The notes: generated by a model not told the origin, from the letters alone. Positions 40,192-50,010 are shown, counted from the whole stretch's first letter. The stretch is 62,222 nucleotides of DNA, filler included, from 4 parts of 4 records of this genome joined end to end with filler, not necessarily neighbours in it, one strand, 5' to 3'. Program-made: numbers and translations.

Positions 40192-41046
40192 TTAAGCTTG
40201 GGCTGCAGTTGGGTCCAACCAGGATTGATTCAAATCAGGTAAAAAGGGCTTTGTCCAGGCAATGCTTTTGTCCCAAAGTTCACGTTGCAAATTTTCATCA
40301 TACGCAACTCCGGCACTTGGCCGCTCCTTCATGTTTGCGAAATATTTTCCTGTTACATTTTCAGTATCCTTAATGGTAGCCAGGAAAACCGGAGTTTCAG
40401 CTCCTTTCTCCAATGGCGCACCTCCCATCCCAAACCCCGCTTTCAATAATTTTGTGGTAATCACCCCAGGATGTAAAGCATTTACTGAAAATCTGTTGCC
40501 TGCAAGCCTGGCCAATTGATTTGTGAACAAAATATTACAAAGCTTTGAATCTCCATATGCACCGAAAGGGCTATAAGTGCGTTTATTGTTGATCTGTTCA
40601 ATATCCAGCGAAGAGCTGTGCGCCATGGACGAAACGTTTATAATCCTGCCATTACCGGCTTTTTCAACCATAGGGAGCAAATGCAACGTCAATACGAAAT
40701 GCGCCAGGTGATTTACTGCAAAAGTAAGCTCGAATCCATCCTTGCTGAGTTCAAAAGAGTTCATGAATACACCTGCGTTATTAATTAAGACATCCAACTT
40801 TTGAAAACGTGAAATAATTTCAAGCGTCATGGCTTTTACATCGGAAAGTGAAGAAAAATCTGCCGCAACATATTCAACCCTGTCCTTAGCACCACTTGAA
40901 ATTTTTGAAGCAGCAGCTTTTGATTTTTCAAGGGATCTGCCATGAATCAACACCCAAAATCCCCTGTTGTACAGTTCCTTTGCTGTTTGCAGCCCGATAC
41001 CATCAGTAGCGCCTGTTATCAATACTGTTTTCATTTGATTATTCAT
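40192..41046 (-). CDS. SDR family oxidoreductase
   Basis: TGATDGIG, NNAG, YGDSK and HPG. Confidence 0.92.
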   Translation of the reverse strand: MNNQMKTVLITGATDGIGLQTAKELYNRGFWVLIHGRSLEKSKAAASKISSGAKDRVEYVAADFSSLSDVKAMTLEIISRFQKLDVLINNAGVFMNSFELSKDGFELTFAVNHLAHFVLTLHLLPMVEKAGNGRIINVSSMAHSSSLDIEQINNKRTYSPFGAYGDSKLCNILFTNQLARLAGNRFSVNALHPGVITTKLLKAGFGMGGAPLEKGAETPVFLATIKDTENVTGKYFANMKERPSAGVAYDENLQRELWDKSIAWTKPFLPDLNQSWLDPTAAQA

Positions 41047-41165
41047 TTTTTTAGGTAGTTGTGTGTAAATTCAAATGATAAAAATTAACTTTGCGATACT
41101 AACAGCAACGAAACTAAATTGTTTCATTTCAGGAGATTAACTCTCAACCATAAAATATATTAATA

Positions 41166-41816
41166 ATGAAAAAATTTGCAATTATTCTTGCCGGAAGCGG
41201 TGTTTTCGACGGTTCAGAAATTCATGAAGTAACACTCAGCATGCTGGCCATCATGCAGAATGGTGGTACCTATCAGTGTTTTGCACCAGACATTAAACAG
41301 CACCATGTGATCAATCACATAACAGGGAAAGAAATGAATGAAACCCGCAATGTACTGATCGAATCATCTCGAATTTCCAGGGGAGACATAAAAAATATTA
41401 CAGAATTTAAATCTGATGATTTTGATGTGCTGCTCATCCCTGGTGGGTTTGGGGTTGCAAAGAACCTTTGTGATTTTGCCTTTAAGGGAGCAGGTTGCGC
41501 AGTAATCCCCGAAGTTTCAAAAGTGGTAAGAGAAATGAATGATGCAGGAAAGCCAATAGGAGCGTTGTGCATTTCACCTGTTATTATTTCAAATTTATTT
41601 GATAATGTGGAGCTTACGCTGGGTCAGGATAAAGATACCATTAAGCATGTGGAAAACATGGGCAGCAATCATGTTAAAACCACCCATGGTGAAGTAATCG
41701 TAGATAAAAAACATAAAATCTATACCACACCCTGCTATATGCTCGATGCCAATATTGTGGAAATCTATGAAGGAGCGACTAATATTGTAAAAGCCATTTT
41801 AAAGGATTTGGGATAA
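41166..41816 (+). CDS. elbB: DJ-1/PfpI family glyoxalase ElbB
   Basis: GSGVFDGSEIHE, PGGFGVAKNL, CISP and TPCYM. Confidence 0.9.
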   Translation: MKKFAIILAGSGVFDGSEIHEVTLSMLAIMQNGGTYQCFAPDIKQHHVINHITGKEMNETRNVLIESSRISRGDIKNITEFKSDDFDVLLIPGGFGVAKNLCDFAFKGAGCAVIPEVSKVVREMNDAGKPIGALCISPVIISNLFDNVELTLGQDKDTIKHVENMGSNHVKTTHGEVIVDKKHKIYTTPCYMLDANIVEIYEGATNIVKAILKDLG

Positions 41817-41830
41817 TAAGTATATGCCGA

Positions 41831-41880
41831 AAAAGGCTGTTTGGCCACGCAATATTTTGCCGGGTCCAGGCAGCTTTTTT
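41831..41880. terminator. Possible bidirectional terminator between convergent genes
   Basis: Imperfect stem AAAAGGCTGTTTGG...CCAGGCAGCTTTTT. Confidence 0.45.
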
Positions 41881-43069
41881 ATTCCTGATTCAAATTTGGT
41901 TGATTATCAGATTTGTTGGATTTGCTAATCCTGATCCTGAAATTTTCGTTGATGGCAAAATAGGTCATTTTCGACTCCTCCGATTCAACAGTCTTAATTT
42001 TCGGCCCTTCATCTTTAATCTCGTTGATTTTTTCACGACCGTTTTCGGCTATCTGCCCTAAAAAGGATTGTTCTTCAACATCACTTCCGCCAAAAACCAC
42101 ATTTCCCAGGTTTTTTAAAATCCGTTGAAATGCACCCGGCTTTTTCCGGTCATGTTCAACGAGCATCTCCTCACGCAGCATGAGAAATTCAAACACACCA
42201 TCCATTTCAGTTCTGGGTTCAATCTCAATTTTTCGTATTGGTACAACAGCCAAAACAGGCTGATCAAAACTTCTTGAAAGTGTTGTTATATGAGCCATTT
42301 CCCTTTCGGCATGATCGTTTGCAATTTTTGGGTTATCCGAACCTGTAACTTCTCCCGTCGAGACTTCAGCATAAGATATGACACCTTTTTCATCAATGGA
42401 CCGGCTAACTTTCAAATCCTGACCATCAAATTGATCGGTTACCAACTCATCAAATTCTCCGGGAATAAGTCTTGGTAATGGTTTATCAGGAATTAACCGA
42501 TTGCTCACCATTGCCGCCATTCCACCAATGGAAGTTTGATCCTGGAAAGGTTTAACCAAAACGTAGGCCATTAGAAGCATCGCGGCAATGGCTGAACTAA
42601 CAACGAAAATCCTGACCAATTTTCCAGGCTTCGTCTGGCGATTAAGTGCTTGTTTATTTTCGAAAACAATACGCCGGTCAGGAACTAAAACCGTTCTTGT
42701 GTACAGCTCAAATTCGGGTAATAGCTGTAGGTTTACATCTTTAAACCTTTTAAGTTCCAATTTCTGGTCAGGATCAAGGTCGTTTTCAATTTGTGCAATG
42801 ATGTAATCCTCGTAATTATCCTGGTTGATGTTTTTAGTTGGGATTACTACGGTTTTTTTGAGCATCTGCTTGGTTGGATATTCAACTTTTCCTTTGGCAT
42901 TCAATTTAATTTCAAGAGCTTCCCTGAAATCCAGAAATTCATCCTGCAGATCAGGATTAAACTCCAGAAATAACGAAAGTGCTATGCGCTCTTCCGCACC
43001 AAGGGAATTCTCCCAGAAATCCAGGAAAAAGGCCTCATAATTATTTCTATTGATCTGCATATTTAACAT
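41879..43069 (-). CDS. Putative anti-sigma factor (duplicated N-terminal helical repeat, single TM)
   Basis: Directly after the ECF sigma gene; repeats INRNNYEAFFLDFWENSL and INQDNYEDYIIAQIENDL precede TM IFVVSSAIAAMLLMAYVLV. Confidence 0.7.
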   Translation of the reverse strand: MLNMQINRNNYEAFFLDFWENSLGAEERIALSLFLEFNPDLQDEFLDFREALEIKLNAKGKVEYPTKQMLKKTVVIPTKNINQDNYEDYIIAQIENDLDPDQKLELKRFKDVNLQLLPEFELYTRTVLVPDRRIVFENKQALNRQTKPGKLVRIFVVSSAIAAMLLMAYVLVKPFQDQTSIGGMAAMVSNRLIPDKPLPRLIPGEFDELVTDQFDGQDLKVSRSIDEKGVISYAEVSTGEVTGSDNPKIANDHAEREMAHITTLSRSFDQPVLAVVPIRKIEIEPRTEMDGVFEFLMLREEMLVEHDRKKPGAFQRILKNLGNVVFGGSDVEEQSFLGQIAENGREKINEIKDEGPKIKTVESEESKMTYFAINENFRIRISKSNKSDNQPNLNQE

Positions 43070-43080
43070 TTTTTTTCCTT

Positions 43081-43566
43081 CTAAATAACCACATCTAAGC
43101 TGCCAATATAATGCTTTAGAAATTTTCGTGCCCGATAGATGTAAACTTTTACCTGCGACTCGCTAAGGTTGGCAATCTCTCCAATTTCCTCATAAGAATA
43201 GCCTTCATAATCCCGAAGCATTACAACAGTTCTTTGAATTTCCGGTAATTGAGAAACAGCATCATCTAAAATTTCTGTAAGATCAGAAAAGTCATTGCTG
43301 GCGTAATTATCCTGGGTTTTATGCTCCAGATATTTTGCCTTATTTTTTTCTTTCCTGATCATATCAATCATTATGTGATAAGCCGCAGTAAACAGGTAAG
43401 TCTTTGTTTTATCAAATTCAACATCTTTGTGCTTATCCCAAAGCCTCACATATGCCTCCTGCACAACATCACGTGATGCTTCCTCGTCAGCGAGATTCTT
43501 CAGGATAAACCTGAAAACCCCATCAGCAAATAAATCTACCGACCTGTTGTATTCTTTTACCGTCAT
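43081..43566 (-). CDS. ECF RNA polymerase sigma factor
   Basis: DVVQEAYVRLW and region 4 GYSYEEIGEIANLSESQVKVYIYRAR. Confidence 0.93.
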   Translation of the reverse strand: MTVKEYNRSVDLFADGVFRFILKNLADEEASRDVVQEAYVRLWDKHKDVEFDKTKTYLFTAAYHIMIDMIRKEKNKAKYLEHKTQDNYASNDFSDLTEILDDAVSQLPEIQRTVVMLRDYEGYSYEEIGEIANLSESQVKVYIYRARKFLKHYIGSLDVVI

Positions 43567-43597
43567 GTACCTATCGGTTGCTTACATTTGATTTTAA

Positions 43598-43623
43598 AAC
43601 GTTTATCTCCGAAAAAAGTTACA
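43598..43623 (-). promoter_or_regulatory. Candidate ECF autoregulatory promoter TGTAAC-N16-CGTT
   Basis: AAC-N16-CGT spacing typical of ECF promoters, about 30 nt upstream of the sigma start. Confidence 0.55.
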
Positions 43624-43905
43624 GCCATTTTCAAACATAAATGAAATATTTCGTATAAAATAAATAACCCTTACAAAGTCTCACAAATAAGCATCGTTGA
43701 AATAGATACGAAGCATTGCTAAATAAAGAACACAACGTTTCTACTCACACAATTACTATATTTCAAATCCCTTAGATAAAATAAAAATCAGGTTTATTTG
43801 TTTATAAATATGAATTATATTTGCAGTCCGTTAAATATTAGGGGGTAACTAAAATTTAATTGTTTTAACGGTCAAAAATTTTTAAATCTAAAAGTGAACT
43901 ATACT

Positions 43906-44391
43906 ATGATGAAGGATTTCACAAAAACAGCTGAACAATTGAAAGAACTTGCAAAAGTTCTCAATGAATTTAAATCAGAAGCGGTTCAGGTAAAACTCGT
44001 TGAACTGTTATTTACAGATGCACTAGAAACTACTCCAGTAGCTAAACCAGCAGCTGCCAGAAGAGCGGATGACACTCCGGTTAAGAAAACTGGCAAAAGG
44101 CCTGGCCGTCCACCCAAGCAAAAGGTAGATGTTGCCGCTGCCCCAAAAACTACACGGAAAAGGTCAACTTCACGTCCTGGACCAAGTGTAATTCTTAAGA
44201 AGCTTATCGAAAGTAACTTCTTCACCGACAGCCGTACAATTGGCGACGTTGTTGACTATTGTATGAAAGTTTATAACTATGAGTATAAGAGCACGGATTT
44301 ATCCGGAACACTTGCAAAACTTGCAAAAGACGGAGTTTTGAAAAGGGATAAAAACCCGCAAACAAACCAGTTCGAATACTCAAAGGCCTAA
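43906..44391 (+). CDS. Basic DNA-binding protein: N-terminal amphipathic helices, AT-hook-like linker, C-terminal winged-helix-like domain
   Basis: Own promoter (43816) and terminator; KRPGRPPK at 44095-44118; C-terminal FFTDSRTIGDV...LSGTLAKLAKDGVLKR...FEY. Confidence 0.75.
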   Translation: MMKDFTKTAEQLKELAKVLNEFKSEAVQVKLVELLFTDALETTPVAKPAAARRADDTPVKKTGKRPGRPPKQKVDVAAAPKTTRKRSTSRPGPSVILKKLIESNFFTDSRTIGDVVDYCMKVYNYEYKSTDLSGTLAKLAKDGVLKRDKNPQTNQFEYSKA

Positions 44392-44408
44392 TCTGAAAAG
44401 ATTTCAGA

Positions 44409-44441
44409 AAAAAAAGCGACTGCGATGCAGTCGCTTTTTTT
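44409..44441. terminator. Bidirectional Rho-independent terminator
   Basis: A7-GCGACTGC-GAT-GCAGTCGC-T7 perfect hairpin between convergent genes. Confidence 0.88.
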
Positions 44442-46653
44442 ATTTTGTAATCAATACTTTGCGACAGTAAATGTTGTCAACTGTAATCACACGAATAACA
44501 TAAACTCCATTTTCAAGGCCGGTTACATCAATATCGGTTTGATTCATGTTACCCTGCATCTTCAACTCTCTTTTCAATTCGCCATTGAAGTCTAAAATTT
44601 GAACCTGATAATTGCCATGATCCTGTGGAGGTGCTATATGCAAAAAACCCTTTGCAGGATTGGGATACACTATTATATCAGTGGATTTTGCCGCTTCACC
44701 GGTAGCTGTCCAGAGACTATCAATAATTGCTGTTTCATAATACACCGGGAAATAATATTCATCTGGCTCCCAAGAATCGAACCAGATAGTATCAATACCA
44801 ATTTCATCAGGAACAAAATCAGGTTGCACCGGTATATAAGTAACTACAGTAAAATAGGTGGTATCCCTGAAATTGATGCTGAACGGCAATTCTTCTTCGA
44901 ATAAAACTTCCAACCATGAATAAGTCCCGGTAACATGTGCAGCAGTGACATATATGTCAGGAAAATGCCGGTTTATCATCCCCACGATTTCACCTGTTAT
45001 GGCCTGATCAACCGTGGTAAAGTATACCGAATCACGCGAAAAATCCATTTTAGCAATATGAAGTGTGTCGAGCAAAGCCTCTTCGATATGGAGTAAAATT
45101 TTATGAACATCACCCATTGCTTGCACAACAAGCGTATCAGTTTCAACATCTCTAAAAGGGTCATCTCCTGCGGGCAATAACAGATTAAACGACATTTCCA
45201 CTGTACTATCAGCTCCAACAGAAAAAGGAAAGGATGGTAAATCGTTCAGATACCAAACCCGTAAACCTTCAGTTTCAAATGTGATGGTATCAATATCTAC
45301 AGGAAAACTGTTGGGGTTATGGATGGTAAATTCTTCACCACCTTCAAGAAATTGATCCATCTTAACGAAATTAATCTCATCGGGTGAAATAACGGGCGGC
45401 TGAGGCAATTCCGATCCTTCCACAATAAAACCATAAATATCATAATACTGATTATTATTCCGGGAATCACTCCAGGAAACCAGAAAATCGGTTCCATCAG
45501 AAATTACATCACAGTCCTGCTGGTGATAATCCACAGTGCAAATGGCCATCTCTTCAGAAAGATATCCCCCCTGAAATGAAATTTCCCGGGCATAAATGTC
45601 ATACCAAACAGTAGGGCGTGGAAATGGTACACCGGCAGCTTCATATTTTTGTTTATCGACATTTTGATTGAAGGGTGATCCGGTTTTGTATTCCAGCCAT
45701 TCCTGATCCCAAACCACTAAAAACTCACCATTACTCGCCGCAACATCCGGCCAGGAGCGACCTTCAGAATTTGTCTGAGGACTAACTACAAAATTTTCAC
45801 CTTCGAGGCTGCCATCTGTTTCGATGAGTTGCCCATAAATTGAATTGTCATTTGAGCTTAATCGTTCATCAGCCCATACGGCATAAAATCGCTGACCACC
45901 AAAAGCCAGTTGCACCAATAACTGATCGGTACTGTTGTTGGTAATAATAAGATTATCATCAATAAACTCCCCCTCTACCGATACAAACTGGCCATATATA
46001 TCCCGATTTCCATTTCGGTCATCGTCCCAAACTACAAGATATTTATCCCCATCAAATTCCACGTCAGGATATATTTGAGCAACATCATCTCCAATACCAT
46101 CAGGCCTCACTGAAAAGTTATACCCTACCAACTGCCCGGATTGATTTACAAACTGAGCCCTGACGACAGAGCCATTGGTGGGAAACCCTTCCTGCCAGAC
46201 CACCAAAAAGTTTTCACCATCAAAAGCAGCTTCCACAAAACTTGCCGACTCCTGGTTTCCAATTGAAACCGGGAAAAAACTACCGGATGGGTTTCCGTCG
46301 TTATCCACAATCTGGCCATAAGCATCTCTGTCGTAGAGTGATACACCCCTAGACCACACAAACAGATAGTTATCCTGGCCATAAATTATTTCGTGCATAA
46401 ACGAGAGGTTACTAATTGGTGGGATGATCTCAATTTCCTGGGGTAGCACGTTTCCATCGGGTTCAACAAACTTTCCGTGAAAGCCGTAGTTATAAGAGCC
46501 GTTGCTTTTGTCGAGGAAGGCATTGTAATAAATTCCATTGGCAAACACCGCTGAGGGATAGGTTTGGCTAAACGTCCCTGTTGCTATCGGAAACTCCTGA
46601 GCCATAGCAACAGTTACTGAAAAAAGAGCAATCATTAATACAAATTTTTTCAT
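44440..46653 (-). CDS. T9SS type A C-terminal domain cargo protein with beta-propeller-like repeats
   Basis: Signal peptide; seven repeats of the form FDGxxFLVVWxD...DIYGQxV; C-terminal VYPNPA...GLENGVY...RKVLITK. Confidence 0.85.
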   Translation of the reverse strand: MKKFVLMIALFSVTVAMAQEFPIATGTFSQTYPSAVFANGIYYNAFLDKSNGSYNYGFHGKFVEPDGNVLPQEIEIIPPISNLSFMHEIIYGQDNYLFVWSRGVSLYDRDAYGQIVDNDGNPSGSFFPVSIGNQESASFVEAAFDGENFLVVWQEGFPTNGSVVRAQFVNQSGQLVGYNFSVRPDGIGDDVAQIYPDVEFDGDKYLVVWDDDRNGNRDIYGQFVSVEGEFIDDNLIITNNSTDQLLVQLAFGGQRFYAVWADERLSSNDNSIYGQLIETDGSLEGENFVVSPQTNSEGRSWPDVAASNGEFLVVWDQEWLEYKTGSPFNQNVDKQKYEAAGVPFPRPTVWYDIYAREISFQGGYLSEEMAICTVDYHQQDCDVISDGTDFLVSWSDSRNNNQYYDIYGFIVEGSELPQPPVISPDEINFVKMDQFLEGGEEFTIHNPNSFPVDIDTITFETEGLRVWYLNDLPSFPFSVGADSTVEMSFNLLLPAGDDPFRDVETDTLVVQAMGDVHKILLHIEEALLDTLHIAKMDFSRDSVYFTTVDQAITGEIVGMINRHFPDIYVTAAHVTGTYSWLEVLFEEELPFSINFRDTTYFTVVTYIPVQPDFVPDEIGIDTIWFDSWEPDEYYFPVYYETAIIDSLWTATGEAAKSTDIIVYPNPAKGFLHIAPPQDHGNYQVQILDFNGELKRELKMQGNMNQTDIDVTGLENGVYVIRVITVDNIYCRKVLITK

Positions 46654-46802
46654 CTTGATAAATATTTTATTGTCAGGCTAAGTTACAGAAAAATGTAATC
46701 ATAATAAAAACCAACAAATTATTGGTCATTTGCTGGACTTTGGGAATCATATTTTGTACCTTTGTATGACGCCAAAATCAAAAAGCCAAATCAAAAGGAG
46801 CT

Positions 46803-47495
46803 ATGACCCCAATTAGAATGTCAGTTTTTCTGTCTATTCTTTTATTGATGCAATCATGTCATCAGTCAATTAAAAGCTATGAACATGAGTTGGGTGTGAT
46901 TTCAAATCCCAGGATGTATCAAAAGCTGGCGGAAGACTTCCCTGAACGAAAACTGGTTGACCTGCAAGAGTATATTCCAGAAATTGTACTTGATATCAGG
47001 TATGCCTCCAGGGATAATTTTACAGGCCGAAAAATATATCCCGAAGCAAAAGCATACTTGCGCGTTCCGGCAGCCAAAGCCCTGAAAAATATTCAGAAGG
47101 ATCTAAATAGAAAGGGCCTTGGATTAAAAGTTTTTGATGCCTATCGCCCTTATTCAACTACCGTGAAGTTTTATGAGGTATACCCGGATACCAATTTCGT
47201 TGCGGCGCCATGGAACGGATCGCGACACAACCGTGGCTGTGCAGTAGATGTTACACTGATAGATTTATCAACTGGTAAAGCCCTGGAAATGCCCACACCC
47301 TATGATGATTTTACTGAGAAAGCAGGTCACAAATACAGAGATTTACCGGATACTATTATTAAGAACCGGAAGTTGTTAAAAGAAACAATGGAAGAGCATG
47401 GATTTTCAAGCTATGAACAGGAATGGTGGCATTACGATTTTAACGGTTGGGAAGATTATAAACTACTCAACATTCCTTTTAAAGATCTGGATTAA
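46803..47495 (+). CDS. M15D D-Ala-D-Ala dipeptidase (VanX/DdpX family), probable lipoprotein
   Basis: FDAYRP, SRHNRGCAVD and EWWH; lipobox-like LLMQSC. Confidence 0.88.
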   Translation: MTPIRMSVFLSILLLMQSCHQSIKSYEHELGVISNPRMYQKLAEDFPERKLVDLQEYIPEIVLDIRYASRDNFTGRKIYPEAKAYLRVPAAKALKNIQKDLNRKGLGLKVFDAYRPYSTTVKFYEVYPDTNFVAAPWNGSRHNRGCAVDVTLIDLSTGKALEMPTPYDDFTEKAGHKYRDLPDTIIKNRKLLKETMEEHGFSSYEQEWWHYDFNGWEDYKLLNIPFKDLD

Positions 47496-48952
47496 ACCTT
47501 TATCTCTTTTCGTGGAATCAGGATTGTGGTAATGACTGCTGTTAGCAGAGCAACAAAAAAGGTGAGCAAACGTGAAGTCACCACTTCCTCCATTCCGGTC
47601 TGAATCCAAACAACAGTAAAAACAATTCCTGCCAAAATAGTTGCCAGTGTAGCCCTGCCATGGAATTTTCGCCAAAACAATGATAGCAAAATAACCACTG
47701 AGAAAGTTCCGCCAATTCCAGCCCACACATAACTTACCAGCGTAAAAATCAGGTCGGTTGAAGAATAATAAGCCAACACGAGGGCTATCACCGCAAGCGA
47801 GGCCGTAATGATGCGTGAACTCATTAAGCTGTTAATACTGCGCTTTTCAGGGTTCATCAAAGGTTTTATCAGGTTTTCAGAAAGCTCGGTTGCCGAAAGG
47901 ATCAGCAATGAATCGGCAGTAGAGATCATGGCTGCAATGGCGCCGGTGATCAACACGGCTGCAATGGCCGGCGGAAAAATCTCAAGGATGACAGCTGGCA
48001 TTACATACTCCTGATCTTCTAATCCGGACGGGCCAAATATGGCAATGCCAATCCAGCCAATCATCAACGCACCAATATAGGCTATCACCGTCCAAACGAT
48101 CCCCACATTGCGGGCGCGAATGGCCTGCTTTTTACTTTTGATAGCCATAAACCGCATACTCAGTTGTGGCTGGCCACCCAGGTAGCCAAAAAACCATGAA
48201 AAGCCGCCAACAATAACTACCCCTGCCATAAATCCGCTCAGGCTTCCGGTGAGGGAATTATACTCAGGCCCGGCCTTTTGCAAGGCCAACTCCATGGATT
48301 GAGCAAAAAGTTCAGGGTGGTTTGAAAGGTAAATTAATCCAACAATTGGACCGACAACCAGCGTAATAATCATAACTATGGCCTGGATAACATCCGTGTA
48401 AACCACACTCCTGAAACCGCCATAAATGGTGTAAGGAACGATGATAGCAGCGGTGATCAGCATACCCAATTCAGGATCGATGTGAAACATGGTGTGTAAT
48501 GTTTTGCCACCACCTAAAAATTGTGCGCCAACATAGAAGAAAAAGAAAAATACGATTGTTGAACTTCCTATCATCCTGATCCATTTTCCAACTTCACCAT
48601 GTTTTTTTGCCAGGTACTCTGTGTAAGTATCAACATTGTATTTTTCGGCTTCATCGCGCAACCGCCAGGCAAGAAGTATCCAGGCAGTTAGGATCCCTGC
48701 TACACAGCCAATAGCCGTCCAGATTTCAAGCAAACCAGTGGCGTATGCAGCACCGGGCAAACCCAACAATGCCCAAGACGATTCGCCTGTTGCACGCTCT
48801 GACAAGGCTGCGACCCATCCCGGCAGGTTTCTCCCGGCGATGGCATAATCGGATCCGGTTTTCACTTTTCGCCCCTGGTACACGCCCCACAAAATGAGCA
48901 ATGTCATATAGGCAATCATTACCACAAGTAGTTGGGAAGTCTCAAAATCCAT
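47492..48952 (-). CDS. putP: Sodium/proline symporter (SSS family)
   Basis: AGRNLPGWVAALS, SWALLGLPG, GGFRSVVYTD, GQPQ and AMISTADS. Confidence 0.85.
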   Translation of the reverse strand: MDFETSQLLVVMIAYMTLLILWGVYQGRKVKTGSDYAIAGRNLPGWVAALSERATGESSWALLGLPGAAYATGLLEIWTAIGCVAGILTAWILLAWRLRDEAEKYNVDTYTEYLAKKHGEVGKWIRMIGSSTIVFFFFFYVGAQFLGGGKTLHTMFHIDPELGMLITAAIIVPYTIYGGFRSVVYTDVIQAIVMIITLVVGPIVGLIYLSNHPELFAQSMELALQKAGPEYNSLTGSLSGFMAGVVIVGGFSWFFGYLGGQPQLSMRFMAIKSKKQAIRARNVGIVWTVIAYIGALMIGWIGIAIFGPSGLEDQEYVMPAVILEIFPPAIAAVLITGAIAAMISTADSLLILSATELSENLIKPLMNPEKRSINSLMSSRIITASLAVIALVLAYYSSTDLIFTLVSYVWAGIGGTFSVVILLSLFWRKFHGRATLATILAGIVFTVVWIQTGMEEVVTSRLLTFFVALLTAVITTILIPRKEIKV

Positions 48953-49076
48953 TGTAATCCGTTTTTGATTATAATTTAGTCAGGGCAAAATTAAAAATTT
49001 GGGCAATTAATAATCGACCTGTTATCTAAATTTACCTACTTTTACAACAAACCAACATTACCAAAAAGAATGAATT

Positions 49077-49550
49077 ATGGCAATTAAAATTTTAGAGATC
49101 CTCAGGATTGTCCTGGTTGGGTTTGCTTTTTATTATGGGTATTCAGCAGGATTTGAAACTACGTACAATCCTGAAGCGCAACTTCACGTGATGATCCCGA
49201 TAATCATTGTTGCGGTTGCAGGCCTCTCAGGGTTTGAAGGCTTGTTTTTGTCCAGATCTTCAGCCGAGGCAAAAGGGTTTGAAACAGGAAGTAATTATCA
49301 AAAACAATCAGCAATAGCCTTGTTATCCTATACAACTATTTCGCTAATGGTTTACTTTTTCAATTGGGGTCTTATGGCCGAAATCACCATATTATTTGCA
49401 TTTCTTTTCTTTTTCATTTTTTCAGCAGTGAACCACACGGTGGATGCAATAAAACGTAAAAACTTCAAGTGGGCGAATATCAACAGGCCGTTTTTAACCT
49501 TCATTTTGGTGGCCGGATTTTTTTATCCGTTATACCATGTATTTGCCTGA
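49077..49550 (+). CDS. Hypothetical integral membrane protein
   Basis: 157 aa ORF with about five hydrophobic segments. Confidence 0.7.
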   Translation: MAIKILEILRIVLVGFAFYYGYSAGFETTYNPEAQLHVMIPIIIVAVAGLSGFEGLFLSRSSAEAKGFETGSNYQKQSAIALLSYTTISLMVYFFNWGLMAEITILFAFLFFFIFSAVNHTVDAIKRKNFKWANINRPFLTFILVAGFFYPLYHVFA

Positions 49551-49624
49551 AACTGTCAATGATCATTAAATAGTGCCCGCAAGAAAACTCACATATTTTT
49601 GAGTCTTTAGCAAAAAACGCCAAA

Positions 49625-49724
49625 NNNNNNNNNNNNNNNNNNNNNNNNNNNNNNNNNNNNNNNNNNNNTTAATTAATTAANNNNNNNNNNNNNNNNNNNN
49701 NNNNNNNNNNNNNNNNNNNNNNNN
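49625..49724. other. Artificial contig linker
   Basis: N run + TTAATTAATTAA + N run. Confidence 0.98.
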
Positions 49725-49904
49725 AAAACGGTTTCACCGATTCTCAGCAAGCCATGAAGTAGAAAAATTGGGATATTCAATTTTGGAGACAAAGCCTTTT
49801 GTGACTATTTCAATACCAAAACATACCAAACAAGTGGCAAAATTTTAGGTAAATAAATATCCGTAATACTTTCAAAATCATGATATTACATCTTATTGCA
49901 ATAA

Positions 49905-49948
49905 GTGGAGCTAAGGAGAATATGACTGCTGACTTTTTGACTGCCAGT
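49905..49948 (-). repeat. Degenerate copy of the 3' part of tRNA-Ala (att-like relic)
   Basis: Aligns without gaps to 50054-50097 with 37 of 44 identities; the first 14 nt are identical. Confidence 0.8.
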
Positions 49949-50010
49949 TATGAAGCTAGGTTTATGTAAGTTAATGTTGGAGCAAATAGTGAGCATTCAT
50001 GAAAGGAAAT

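Noticed and set aside
46803..47495. Vancomycin resistance locus
   Set aside because: A lone VanX-family gene in a Gram-negative context with no vanH, vanA, vanR or vanS.
49905..49948. Second functional tRNA-Ala
   Set aside because: It lacks the 5' part and the T-loop (TTCGA) is mutated.
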